From assembly GCF_006345805.1 (NCBI RefSeq), contig NW_021831731.1, positions 248,001-312,000 of the forward strand: a stretch of DNA of 64,000 nucleotides, written 5' to 3'. The stretch is from Octopus sinensis (taxonomy: Eukaryota). Position numbers and translations under genes: made by a program. Below are positions 25,840 through 39,489 of this stretch, one piece after another (the stretch's first letter is position 1; each line of letters starts with the position of its first letter). The notes under the pieces were generated by a model. It worked only from the letters and a program-made list of their open reading frames with translations, was not told the DNA's origin and ran no database searches.

Positions 25840-27850
25840 TGACACCTAAAATTCATCTCGTCATTATGCTTTGTGTGTTATGCCTACATTTTACAGGGGT
25901 TTTGGTGAGAGTATTCCACCAGTATTCAATTTTTTGAAAATTATAGGTGACTATGCTGTTTGCATCATTGTAGTTGCTTAAATTTTGATCATGAAGACTA
26001 TTCTTTCAACAAATTGCATTGTAAAATGTTTTGGCCATGACATCATTCCTCATTGGCAGACCACGGTGTAATAACATTTTTGGGCAGCTTAATATTCTGA
26101 AGGTTATATCTTTGCTGATAATTCCACAGAGCTTGCGCAGGTTGTAATATCTAGAAGTTTAACGGCATCTATATCCTTTTTATGCATCAGGTATTTTGTT
26201 ATTTCTTGTTCTGAGATTGCAGAAGTATACCCTTCAAACTGAGAGATAATACACTGGTTGTTGGTTATCTATTTCACTGTCACTCTGAAGCTTTTTGACG
26301 ACATAAGAATGCATAATCTTCTGCTGATAAACTGAAGGTCTTTTATTTGATGTTTTGTTCCGATAGATCCGTGCAACTTCGTTGGATGTGTATCCCTAGT
26401 TATCAATGAAGAAATACTTTTCTATGAGATTTTTGTAACTCTTATAATATTATTTGCTTTTTGTATGCAAACATGATCCATGGATGTATATTATCTTGAG
26501 GATTAGTAGATGTCAATGGGATTTCTTGCGACATTCAAAGGTGGTTTGAATCGATATTAAATCTCTGCCTGTTTATTTTCGTTTTAGTCAGAGGGTGTCA
26601 TTATCATCGTTGATGAGGATATATCTGATGATCATTAATAGCTTTTAAATATTAACATCAGCAGCCCAGATTATGTCAGTGAAGTAGACTGGGGCTCTGC
26701 AGACCATATAATTTTATCGAGGTTTATATTCTTTAGTTACGAATTTCATCATAGGATATATTTTCATCCACCCCTAGTTACCTATAATATTCTTAATCAG
26801 ATGTTGGAGAAATAATCAGGTATTATGAGAAATGTGAGACTGGTTTGTAGATTCTCATAATTTTATGATCAGGTAGAAGCATCTCGACTAAGCTCCATCT
26901 CCGCATTCCTTTGTGGTTATCTAAACCAGATCAAGACTCTTCTTCACTCCATTTATATTTTTGACATATACTTCCAGGTCTTGCACAATGAAGCTGTATG
27001 TTAGGCTGGTGGAAAGGTTTGGCCCTTTGTGAACTAATTACGTATCATTCAGAATTTCTTACCCCCCAAAATAAGAAGGTGACAGTAACAGCACAATAAC
27101 TTCCTGTATTTAACTTTAGGGTTTGGCTCGAAACGAAGCCAGGTACTTGCTTCGTTCTGGGCTAAGACCTGGCTATAGCTTTGATTATGGTCCCTAGAAA
27201 TTTAGTTAGTCGAAGTTCTAACATCCAAAAGTGAAGAAAAGAAATAAATTTTTTTTCTAATCCTGTCTGACAATAACCAAATTCCCTCTATGCAGTTATA
27301 CTTCTGGCACATTTTTATTGATTAGAAGTTGCTCAGCGCATTTCCAAACTGTTTTTTTTTTCCAGCTGCTTCTTCAGTTGTGGTGATATGATTACTATCA
27401 TTGTGATTCTGTGGGTTCATACTGACTGTATGCATTTTACGCATTAAAATCTGGCATGCATTTGGTCGGTAGTTATTTGCCATCGGAAGAGCTTTGTTTC
27501 TGGGTTTAAAATTTGTTTCTGCCAATGCCAGTAACTCTGTATATTTATATCCCTATTGAAAGCTTGCCAGTAATGATCAATAATATATTCCCGATAGTCT
27601 AGTTTTGTTTTCACCAGTAACTGGCAATTAAATCAATCCTGATGCTTTCTTATTCCGGATTCTCAGCTTAGTCGTATCATCATCAATATTGTATTCTTTT
27701 GAATCAACATAAAGAAAATATTTCTTTCGGATATCCCCAAACCACATTATATCCCGGTTAAACTCCGTTTCCTAACTCGAGACTTTCCTTCAGAAAGCAC
27801 CCGTATCTCCATTAAAAGGAGATGTAACTTTTATTGACTTTCTTGCATCC
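25840..27850 (-). mobile_element. Long decayed R4-like (RLE) retroelement: RT, zinc knuckle and RLE remnants
   Basis: NNYRPNAC (RT start), FIVQDLEVY (YADD equivalent), EGY..AISEQEI, ILSCPKM, PMRNDVMAKTFYNAI and EYWWNT..CRHN. Many stops and indels. Confidence 0.7.
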
Positions 27851-28107
27851 CTGTAGACAACTGATTTATTTCAAGTAAATTTCCTGTTAAACTTTTGCTT
27901 TTTACACACTCTTTTCTGATGAAAACTTCTGACAGATTTTATGCTTAAATATTATCATTTTATTACTTCCGAATATTGTTCCTATTCTATTATGCAATTT
28001 TTGTTGGTAAGATTTATAATTATTCATTTTGTTTGCATGCGATAATTATCAGCGATCTTTCTTTTCTATTTTCCAAACGATGCTGATAATATTTATTGTT
28101 TTGTCTT

Positions 28108-28190
28108 TGTATGTATGTATGTATGTATGTATGTATGTATGTATGTATGTATGTATGTATGTATGTATGTATGTATATATGTATGTATGT
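28108..28190. repeat. (TATG)n microsatellite
   Basis: Direct reading. Confidence 0.95.
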
Positions 28191-28690
28191 CACACCATTA
28201 TCCTTCTCTTTACTTTTGCCCGACCCCACCTTGAATACTGTTGTCCACTATGATCTCCCCATACGAAACAAAGTATCATGAAAATTGAAGCACCTCAAAA
28301 GTCATTTACATAAACGATAGATGGCATGACAGGTATTGACTATTGGAATTGACTAGAAAAGCTGAAGCTTTATTCTCTCCGACGCCGCCGTGAGCTCTAC
28401 ATCATCTGCATGATGGGGGAAAATATTCCATCGACATTGCTCAAATGATGTTGGCATCGCCTTTAAGAGACACTCAAGACTTGGACCCCGTGATATCCGC
28501 CCACAACATAAATAATACTCGCATCACATAACAACAATATGGCACAATTATTTCAGCTCAATTGGCCCAGCTCTCTTTACGATTACACCAAAACACATTA
28601 AAGTAGAAACAAGCCTCATAAACTTCAAGAAGTCTTTTGACAAATTCCTTAAAAAAATCCCGAATAAACCTACTACACCCGGATATGTCA
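28190..28690 (+). mobile_element. CR1-group LINE 3' fragment
   Basis: TFARPHLEYCCPL...LEKLKLYSLRRRRELYII...IGPALF...FKKSFDKFLKKIPNKPTTPGY. Confidence 0.85.
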
Positions 28691-29655
28691 TACATACATA
28701 TACATACACACATACATATACACACACATACATATAGCACACACACATACATATTTACTGAGAACTAGAAGTTAGGAGTAATTTATTAATTCATTCGACA
28801 TGATCTAACAATTGACCAGGAAGAAGCTGACAGCCATCTGACACTACAATTACAGCAATGATGATGACGGTAGTGATGAGAAGTAAACGAGAACAACAAC
28901 AACAACAACAACAATAACAGCAGCAGCAGCAACAACGGGGACAAATACGAAAAGAGATATGTGTATATTTCGCTGAAAGTCACTTAGGTTAAACGTCTAA
29001 TGAGTAATGTGTTTCTGAAACTCTACACCTCCGTTTTCAGCACATTTTCTCCCTTGCTCTCTCCTTCGCCTCCTCTCCATCCTCTCTCACTTTCTTCCTC
29101 TCCTACTCGTCGTCTTCCAATGCACTAGAAACGTTATTAATAATGAAAAAAAATTACTATTAAGTATGTACGATGGTGAGATACAAAAAAAATAGTTCTT
29201 AATTTCGGCAATATAATATAATATTTGGAACACATTCATTTAAATTTAATGAAGTAAACTTTGAGTTAAATATTGTATAAAATATCTCATTCTCTTATTC
29301 TTTGGTCTCTCCAATTTTTAATGTTCTCTCAGGCTATCTATATCATGCTTTTGTCTATCCCAACAGAAGTGATAGATATAACTTTCCAAATAAGAGAAAG
29401 ATCTTATATATACATATTTATTTACACACACATGCACACATACGCACATATATACACACAAACAAGCAAACAAATACATACACCAACACACACATATGCA
29501 AACAGGCACGCGCACACGTACACAAACACGTGCACACAAACGCACAAGCACGCACGCACATACACACACATGCAGGCACGCATACACATACATATTAGAA
29601 ATAATTATATGGTTGTCGATATCAATCTCACTCTACCCAAAACGAAAACACTTAC

Positions 29656-29685
29656 TTTTGAGACATTTTCATTTATTCCGATAGG
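29656..29685 (-). CDS. Candidate 30-nt microexon (PIGINENVSK)
   Basis: Very strong acceptor (T10-CTGCAG) and donor AA|GTAAGT. Only phase 0 is open. Confidence 0.4.
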
Positions 29686-30231
29686 CTGCAGAAAAAAAAA
29701 ATTTTTACAAAAATTAATAATTATTGCCATTTAGAATAAAGATATTTTGCAAAATATGTGAACTTAAAATGCTTTTAAACCGAAGAAGAAATCTCTGTGG
29801 ATTGCAAGGTGTCAAAAGCAAACAAGCATCAAGTATTTTTGTAGGAGAAGAAGGAAGAGGAAAGAAAATTCTAAAAGTGAACGGGAAAAATATCTAAAAT
29901 ATGTTGCTGATCAAATTGAATTAGAAAATGAAATAGTGAAAAAAGAAAATCATGAATAAAGATTAACAATATTAAACCCGGCAATATCTTGAATATAACT
30001 GAATTAAGTTTAAGCCCAATTTAGATTTTTTTTTTCTTTTTTAATATTCTTTATATTTTTATATCCCAGAAGAGCCATTTTGCTGATGGCGACTCATCCT
30101 CTGTTCAGCCATATTATCGGATTTAAAGATTTACTCTTAGAATTATCTGTTTCGCTAAGCCACTTCTGATTGACTGGCGTTTACTCTATCAGACACGATA
30201 CATGATATGAAAGCAACTATTTCCGCGTTTC

Positions 30232-30585
<354 letters not shown>

Positions 30586-30619
30586 TTGAGAGTGTGTGTG
30601 TGTGTCCCTAAATGTTTGG

Positions 30620-30997
30620 AAAGAAACTAATGTGGGTTTTAGAAACTAACGTCTATATCACTCCAAGTGATGTATTGCCGCCCAATCTCCACACCTTGTC
30701 TCAGGAAAAAAAACTTAACATGATTGGAGTACATGCTGTTTCGCTTCTTGCTGAAGGAATATGTCGATATGCGACCAACATTTCCTCTGTGGGTGTGGGC
30801 AGTGGGTATCTCGGAATACTTTTGTTGAGAAAGCTTATGTATGGAGCCAGTGATTTCTGGCCGATGGCTGCACTGAACATAGGATAACATAGGATAACAT
30901 GATCCATGGATGTATATTATCTTGAGGATTAGTAGATGTTGTCAATGGGATTTCTTGCGACATTCAAAGGTGGTTTGAATCGATATTAAATCTCTGC
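30620..30997 (-). mobile_element. Fragment of the same R4-like family as 25840-27850
   Basis: 30897-30997 is nearly identical to 26471-26568. Attribution of the remainder is inferred. Confidence 0.5.
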
Positions 30998-31249
30998 GCC
31001 TATATGTATATACTCATCCACCCTCACTTGAAACACAGATGTTCACCCAAACATTCGCCAAAAATATATACATACTCGCGAGCGTGTATGTGAACAGACA
31101 AGCACACATACGCAAAGATATGGGCATGGATAGTCTGAGCAGTCTCTCAGATGACTGCTCTGTCGTGGGTTTTAGATACTTTCCAAAAGTTCTTGATCTG
31201 GCAATGCTACAGAGTTACATAGTTACAGAGTGGGTAAAACCTGTTCGGG

Positions 31250-31620
31250 ATAAACTTTACAATCACGGTTGTGATGGAGCTACCAGCAACTGAACATGCC
31301 TGAGACGCACGCCATAAAAGGTGCGGCGGGGGGGTCTATCTTGAAGATCGAACCATCACCTTTCTTTGGTAAAAAAGAGCGGTAGCCTTCCTGTCAGGTG
31401 GATATGATGAAAGAGGTTTCGTGGTGGACATGGTCGAAAGGTTTGAGAATAAAAGTTTTTCCCTAAGCAAGAACGAAATAAGCATCAACTTATTCAAGAA
31501 AGAGGAGAATGGTGATGATGGGGGGAAAGAGTCACACCTCTCCAGTAAATTTTATGGAATATGGGCGAGAGAAGGATGTTCAGCTTCGCTACATGTGCCC
31601 ACACTCTCATAACTATGCGG
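31250..31620 (-). mobile_element. Possible highly decayed L2/CR1-type RT fragment
   Basis: KPFDHVHHE resembles KAFDRVWH, and ASQACSV resembles VPQGSV. Weak. Confidence 0.3.
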
Positions 31621-31674
31621 TTGTAGATTGGGGAGAAGAACAGGGAGAGTGAGAGAGAGAGATACACATAAAGA

Positions 31675-31722
<48 letters not shown>

Positions 31723-31727
31723 CTTAC

Positions 31728-31775
31728 CTTTGGAGTGTAAGGATAATACTGGCCGTGTGCAGGTCTCCTATGGTT
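31728..31775 (-). CDS. Candidate 48-nt exon (NHRRPAHGQYYPYTPK)
   Basis: Strong donor AAG|GTAAGT but poor acceptor context. Phase 0 to 0. Confidence 0.2.
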
Positions 31776-31980
31776 CTATTGCAGCTGTTTATATTATTTC
31801 GTTCTTGAATGTTAATGCTATATACTATTTTTTTATAATACATAGCATTGTATTAATATTATAGTCTGTTCATTGTTATTGCTGAATCTCACTTTTTTAT
31901 TCGCGATGTAAATCCAGTGCATCTTGTTTGTGTTGCTTTCCTATGTATTTCGCATGTGAATCATTGTGGACAGCAAAATA

Positions 31981-32056
<76 letters not shown>

Positions 32057-32069
32057 GCAGAATTAGCGG

Positions 32070-32450
32070 AAACATTCACAGAGACAATCGATCATGTCGT
32101 TTTTTGGCTGTTCAGTCCTCGCTGAAAAGGAGCACCTCATAAGACATGACAGACTAGGGCAGTACATCAACTGGAATGCTTGTAAATGCTACAAAATTAA
32201 ATCTTATGATAAGTGGTACAGGCACCATCCAGAGGATGTAGTAAATGGCGAGGGCGTCAACATCCTTTGGAACTTCCCGATACAAACAGAGAGAAAAATT
32301 GACTCTAATTGACCAGACATTGTGATCAAGGACACAAACAGAGGAACTTGTCTGTTAATAGATATGTCTGAACCAGAAGATCAAAATGTCTCAAGAAAAG
32401 AATACGGAAAGCTTTCTCACTATATATATATAAATGGCAAGACAACAAAA
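32070..32450 (+). mobile_element. R4/Dong-like zinc knuckle/RLE fragment following (TAC)n
   Basis: ETIDHV..GCSVLAEKEHLIRHDRLGQYINW...KWYRHHPE...ILWNFPIQTERKIDSN*PDIVIKD...LLIDMS. Confidence 0.88.
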
Positions 32451-33590
32451 GGATGAAAGAGACCTCGATATTATGTAAATAGAGGAATTTATCTGTAAAT
32501 ATAATGTGACAATTATTCGGTAGCCATGATAAAACTCCGAGTTTCGGATGTCGGGGCGGTAACTCATGCCGGATTCTCTTCAATTATCAGGCCATCGAAA
32601 AAAATGCTATGAAAATGACCGTTAAAACAAAGGGAAATTACTGTGGGATTGACCGTTATTAAGACAAAAGAGCTATTAGAATGACTGCTAAGTAAGGGGA
32701 GGGTGTAAATGTAAGGAAGTAAAAATGTTCATAGTAATCGCGTAAACGAGCATGTCCATACATGCACATGCGCACCCGCACACCCACGTACATGCGCCTA
32801 TATGTATATACTCATCCACCCTCACTTGAAACATACAGATGTTCACCCAAACATTCGCCAAAAAATATATACATACTCGCGAGCGTGTATGTGAACAGAC
32901 AAGCACGCATACGCAAATGGAGACTGAAACACATGACGATATATACACACACACTTTACTCCACACAAGGACACATATGGAGACACGGGTCCACATATAT
33001 AGAGATGCACATCCATACATACAAACATGGTACATAGTTGCAAAACACACATACACACACACAGACATGCACACACAATGAGACAGAGGTGCATACATAT
33101 ACAAACACACGCTCACACACACACACACATGCATAGAAAATACACAAACACGGACATGCAAGCACATGAATATGCAGAATACATAAATAGAGATGCACAC
33201 ACATATATACATATATACATATGCATACACACACATGTATACATGCACACACATGTATACTTGCACACAAGTGCATACATGTATACATACATACACACAT
33301 ACATACGTACATACATGCATGCATAGGCGCGCGCACACACACACATACATGCATACGTACAGGCATGCATAGGCGCGCACACACACACACACACATTGAT
33401 CCACACACATGCGCACAAACAAACAAAAAGGAACGCAGTGTAAATAACGGACAGAGTCAATACTATTGAAAAGGTTGCAAGATGCAACGAAAATTTTAGA
33501 AAATAAAAATAAGAAATAAGTGGAAGTTTTACTGGTGAGTGTGTTAAATTCTAAGGCACAAAAAGAAAATGATTCTCCCCAGACACAACA

Positions 33591-33649
<59 letters not shown>

Positions 33650-33651
33650 TA

Positions 33652-33719
<68 letters not shown>

Positions 33720-34796
33720 CTACTTCAGAAGGAAGGAAAACTGATCCAGATAGCGGCAAAACACGAGCAAAACAAAAAACTGTTCTCAGTATTTAAGGAA
33801 GCTGACAAATACAAACAAGAAATCATACCACCTAATAAACATGAAGAAGAAGAAGAAGATGAAGAAACAACAAAAGCTATAAAACAAATGAAATCCAAAC
33901 TAAAAATAGAACAGCAACGAACCATGATAAAACGATGGCAAGAAAAGCCCCTTCATGGTAAATACTGGACTAAACTAAACGCAAAAGAAATAGACAAAGA
34001 AAAATCCCAGCAATGGTTGAGAAGCTCAGGACTCAAAGCAGAAACAGAGGGATTTTTAATTGCAGCACAAGACCAAAGCCTCCCCACCAGAAATTACCAA
34101 AAACATGTAATGAAAAGAAATATTACAAGTAACTGCAGAATATGTGGAGATGGACAAGAAACAATAAATCATATTATCTCTAGCTGCCCAGTCTTGGCTA
34201 AGAAGGAATATATTCACAGACATGACAGAGTTGGAACCTACATACATTGGAAGCTATGCCAACATTATGGAATAACAACAGAAAAAAGATGGTATAGGCA
34301 CACACCAGAAAAGGTCACAGAAAGCGAGAAAGCAACCATACTCTGGACTATGCCGATACACACAGATAGAGAAATTAAGGCCAACAGACCAGATATAGTT
34401 GTCAGAGATCATGAAGAAAAAAAATGCTTTCTAATTGATGTATCAATACCGGCTGATGACAACGTGTCTCTAAAAGAAATGGAGAAACTCTCAAAATACA
34501 AAGACCTGGAAATAGAGGTAACTAGAATGTGGAATCTGAAAACAGAAACAATTCCTATCATAGTAGGTGCATTAGGCATGATAAAAAAATATTCAGACAA
34601 ATACATAACAAAAACACCAGGACTTACAAACACATATAACATACAGAAAATTGCACTACTAGGCACTGCACACATCCTACGGAGAACACTTTCCATACAA
34701 TAACCATCAGAGCATCACAACAATCACAGCACATACCCAAGGCACACAGAGCTGTGCTCGGTAGTGAAGTGAAAGCACGCTATAAAAATAAAACTA

Positions 34797-34800
<4 letters not shown>
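33720..34800 (+). mobile_element. 5'-truncated R4/Dong-clade non-LTR retrotransposon inserted in (TAA)n, with an intact C-terminal ORF and 3' UTR
   Basis: Uninterrupted frame 33720-34703. It has a CCHC knuckle CRICGDGQETINHIISSC, RHD, and the RLE motifs NRPDIVV..LIDVSIP..KEMEKLSKY, ending IQKIALLGTAHILRRTL. AAT arrays lie at 33593-33719 and 34801-34880. Confidence 0.95.
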
Positions 34801-34879
<79 letters not shown>

Positions 34880-34880
34880 T

Positions 34881-35285
34881 AATCACAAGTGGAGATTAAC
34901 CAACTCGATCGCACTACCCGAAAGACAATGACAATTTATAGTGCCCTCCACCCTAATGTACACAGGCTCTACATGAAGAGGGTAAATGTGGACGTGGGCT
35001 GATTTAGCGTACGGGAGTGCATCAACCATGAAAAAAGAAACATTATTTGGTATCAGCAATCAAGTCGTGCTACAGTATGCTGCTAATGCAGAAGGACTTA
35101 ACAAAAATGGACTTGACAGTGCTTATAAATTCTGGCAGTACCAGGAGATCAACTTATCATCATGAAAGAGAAAAGGTTGATAAATATGGAGACCTGAGAA
35201 TTGAGATGTGGCAGCCACAGGAGTCAAACATAGAAATTATACCTATTGTCGTCGGAGTATTGGGTTCATCTTTCCCTTTCGATGT
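34881..35285 (+). mobile_element. Internally deleted R4/Dong-like fragment (RT thumb joined to RLE end)
   Basis: LDRTTRKTMTIYSALHPNVHRLYMKR...GL.SVRECI, then EREKVDKYGDLRIEMW...IIPIVVGVLGS. Confidence 0.8.
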
Positions 35286-35493
35286 TCTTCAGCTCCATTG
35301 TATCTCCATCAAATTATTCTTATTTCATAGCTTATTATTAGGGATACTGCCACAAAGTTGATTGCTTGTATGATATCTCCCCTAATCCTGCCCAGGGAGG
35401 ATCCTTCTTTAAATTTGATGAGTATAATCAACAAAAATGTCAGTGCGATTACAGAAAAAATAGGTGAGAGAAAAACGTTCCTTTGGGAGATTA

Positions 35494-37678
35494 CACAAAG
35501 TAACATATGCTTTGTTTATTTGTATTTTTTAATGTTCATATATGCATTTTTTGCCACTAAATTAAAAAATCACATTCGTTTTGACGTAACATCGATAGTT
35601 ATATATTTCTTTCTAATTTCATATTTTCTCGTTATATTTGTAACTTTTTTCTACAGCACTTTGTTGGTTCAATCTATTCTAGTATTGTAAGGATAATGAC
35701 ACAACATTTAATACTATTTCATATATTGAAAGGTATTTAGGAAGTATAATATTAGTTAGAACAAAAAGAAACAATAAAATCCTGCACTGTAAATGCCTTG
35801 ATAACTCTTTTCTTAAGATGAGAAGTGCTTTAACGATCGAGATTTTCTGGAGTGTATACCTTCATCTCTTCTGACTAGATACAATATCTAATCTCCCATC
35901 ATAGCAGTAATCCATCGTCCTTGGTATCTTCTTTTCATAGTTGCAATGCCCTGATGAAATCTCTCACCATGCTCCTCACTGACATCACTCAAGTTTTCGG
36001 GGAAAAAATCTAGGTGAGAGTGCAAAAAATTAACCTTTAAGGACATACGACAACCAGCTGTTTGTAATTAGGATGCTTGTGATTTCCTAGGAATCCACGA
36101 ATTACATCACGAAATGCACACTAAGGTTCTTTTTCAACTTTTATTATCGCTCTTTCCAGTTTCTTCGACTTCAACATTACATTTACTTGGGGCCCAACAA
36201 ATATGCCACCCGTGATCTTAGCCACAGATAACTTTGGAAACATAAGACAAATTTCTTGAAAAGCTTCTCCTCTAAAATCTAAGGCCTTCACAAACTGTTT
36301 TACCAATACGAGTTTGATATGAAGTGGGGGTAATAATATTTTGTTGGAATCTACTAGAGGCTGTTTGAGAACATTTAACATTCCTGGCTGCAGTTCCACT
36401 CAAGGGGGCCAATGTACTCTCTTGTAATGATCATCATCAGCTCTGCTGTCCCATAAGCAAAGGAAACATGAATACTTTGTGTATCCCCCTTGCAAGCCAA
36501 GCAAGAAGGCAAGCATCTTGAAATCACCACAAACATCCCACTTGAACTCAGCGTAATTTATTTTGTCGAGAAGTTCTTTGACATTATCGTAATTTTCTTT
36601 CTTCTGTATGGAGTGTGCAAGAGGCAAAGAAGGATATTTATTTCCATTGTGGAGCAACACTGCTTTGAGACTTCGTGTTGAGCTATCTATGAACAGTCGC
36701 GACTCTGCAGAATCATGCTTGAGTCCAATAGCAGTAAACAAACCAATCACATCTTTACAATAACACAGATCATTAGTATTTTCATAGTAAATTTCAAATT
36801 CTTCATGGCGTTTCCGGTACACAGATGTTTTGCAGTCTTCCCCCAGTAGATTCCATTCCTTCAACCTTGATGAAAGATGTTCAGCCCCTGACTTAGTAAG
36901 ACCCAGATCCCTAATTAAATTATCATGCTCACTCTGATTTGGAAAGTGAGGCTCCGAAGTCGTTCTTGGTACGAAAGTTTCCCCCATTTCTTGGCTGCTG
37001 CTACTTGTTGACTCTTCAGATGAAATATCTTCTGGTGGTAGTGGTATTCGTAAACTGTCATCATTTGGGACAGGTGCCCTGGATGATGGTATGTCTGGAT
37101 ACTGAAGAGCTTGTCTTCCTTTCACTTTTCAGTACTTTGTCACATCGATCATACAAAAGTAACAGTCATCGTGATGGTTCTTTGGCTCTCTCCATACCCT
37201 TGGAATGGCAAAAGGCATTGACCTTCCTTTACCTCTTAACCATCCTTCTAGAGTAGATCGGCAGCTTCCACATATCACATGTTGGGCCCATAGTTTGTAA
37301 TGGGCATTCCGAAATAGAGTCTGTACGCTATCCACAATTCGGCATCTTTCACGATCTTATGTAATACGCGCTTTTTTCCAATATAATTACCACACACATA
37401 GCAAAATGTATCTGGAGAATTTTTACATGCTCTAGTAGCCATCCTGAAAGTAGCAGAACTTAGTAATTGGTTCTAAAGAGAAAATTAGACATACATTTAG
37501 GAGCGGAACATTATAATAATACGGAATATAAAATAATATTGAAAGTCGACATATTTTTTAACTGTTGATGATACACAAAAAATAATTTCATTTTTGGAAT
37601 CAGCAGCAAAAATGGATTGATAAACAAAAAAAAAAAAAATACAATAAACAAATTTCTTTTGAAAATTGTTACGTTGTA
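35494..37678 (-). mobile_element. Full-length Chapaev3-like (CMC superfamily) DNA transposon with TIRs and TTA TSD
   Basis: Left end TTA|CACAAAGTAAC and right end GTTACGTTGTA|TTA, with ~90-100-bp imperfect TIRs. The transposase runs 37442 to 35813. Confidence 0.75.
35813..37442 (-). pseudogene. Chapaev3-type transposase pseudogene
   Basis: MATRACKNSPDTFCYVCG..., WREPKNHHDDCYFC, VCGDFKMLAFLLGLQGGYTKYSCFLCLWDSR, LPPLHIKL, GIFVGPQ, FLHSHLDFFPENL.DVSEEHGERFHQ. Several stops and frameshifts. Confidence 0.85.
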
Positions 37679-37684
37679 TTATTA

Positions 37685-37845
37685 TGAGTTCAAACTCCGC
37701 CGGGCTTAACTTTATATTTGATACACTAGGGATCGATAAAATAAAGTACCAATCAAGTACTGGATCGATGTAATCGACCAACAGCTCCACCCCACAAAAA
37801 TTACTGGTTCTATGCCAAACTTTAAAACAATTATTAATGTTATTG
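37685..37845 (+). mobile_element. SINE family A, decayed 3' part
   Basis: GAGTTCAAACTCCGCCG...GTCGATGTAATCGAC-like match. Confidence 0.65.
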
Positions 37846-38658
37846 TTTATCACTGGCGCTAAACGTGTTTTGGAAGCTCCATGAGTTTGTACACTGTTTT
37901 CCTTTTAAGAATTATTTTTTGTTGATTTTATTGTTCTACCTTGTTTCTTAACTGACCAAAATCATAAGGGACTAATCAACCATTTTTGTTACACACACAA
38001 TTTCAAGAAAAGGAAAAAAAATTGAAAGTAGCGTTGTCTTTGTCGATTAGTCAGCAAGAGAGGAAGGTTGGGGAGGTTTTGAAGGTGAAGTCGTCTTTCG
38101 CAGTTATCACCTACTACACAATACTACTGAGAGAATTGTAATTAAAAGTAATAGCAGTGCCAGTCGCAACAACAACAGTAATAGCTAGAACAATAACACA
38201 CCAAACAAAGAATTTCAATTAGCATTCCAATACACTTAAAAATCATCCAAATATCTCAGCACTCATACAACGCCTTAAAAGACAAATACTGCAAAAAAGT
38301 AGGAAACTAAAGAGAAATATAAACAAAAATCTATACAAAGTAACGCTTGTGAAAACACCCACAACCAGTCAGGGGGACGGAATATCTGTCTATCTATAAG
38401 ATTAAGGTAAGTGTCCCGTCTCCCATTCATCCTTCCAATTAATGGCCTTACTTAGGGTAGGCACTATAAATGCACTTAGCTAGGGATCACCACGGAAGCA
38501 AGGAAATCTACTCAACAAATACAGATCACTAGATACAGATGTTGCAGCTATGAGCCACAACAACTGTGGCGGCTAACTCCGAGCCACTATGCTACATTTT
38601 CGAAGGATATTAGAAGTAGATATTTTCAAGTCGGCTGGGATTGGGAGGTTGAGCGACT

Positions 38659-38800
38659 GTCTTGTTTGGGAAGGGTCTTGTTTGAGAAGGGTCTTATTTG
38701 AGAAGGGTCTTGTTTGAGAAGGGTCTTGTTTGAGAAGGGTCTTGTTTGGGAAGGGTCTTGTTCGGGAAGGGTCTTGTTTGGGAAGGGTCTTGTTTGGGAA
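38659..38800. repeat. 16-bp tandem repeat, ~9 units (GTCTTGTTTGRGAAGG)
   Basis: Direct reading, no spacers. Confidence 0.95.
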
Positions 38801-39489
38801 TCTCTTGATACGAACGATCTTAATGCACCCAGAGAGTAAGTTTGTAGCTCTGAGTGTGAGCAGCAGCTAAGATGGTACCTTGAGACTAGTAGCGGTATAC
38901 ACCTCGACATGGTGTTGGGCAGCTAGATAGCTTGAGGATTTTGGTTGTTTTCCTTGGAACACTGCGCTCTGTAGTATTAGTGAACGTTTGGAACGTTATC
39001 TTTGAGTTGTGTGGGGTTAGTTGTTAGAAAAGAGAGTGCAAAAGCCTTGCAAACATGTTCAGACGTTTGTCTGACAAGTACGGATTAAATTTGTCGAAGG
39101 TGTCAGTGCAAACATGGATAAGCCGCATCGTGCCATCCAGATTGTATCTAGATAGAGTATTGTGTAGACCGGTAGACAAAGATAGCATGGCATAGAATCG
39201 ACATGGGTAGAGCGATAGAGACAACTAGAATAGAGGAAGACTTACGTTAAAAACATGATGCTTTAGAAAGGTATCTCAACCGACGTGCCTGTGGCAAGAT
39301 TGATTGGACCTTGACTAATTCTTCAACCTGGTTTGGATATTCTACCCAATGAATTTTACTTTTATATGACTTGTTAGGAGAATCAAGGATTCGATCCATA
39401 AATGTTGTCTTTCTTCGTCTCTTGTATATGTATTAATTCTTGAGCCACCACCATGTTGAGGGGTATCCCTCCAGAACTAAGGTACGGAA

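Noticed and set aside
38659-38800. Regular repeat array resembling CRISPR
   Set aside because: The units are contiguous with no unique spacers, there are no cas genes, and the context is eukaryotic.
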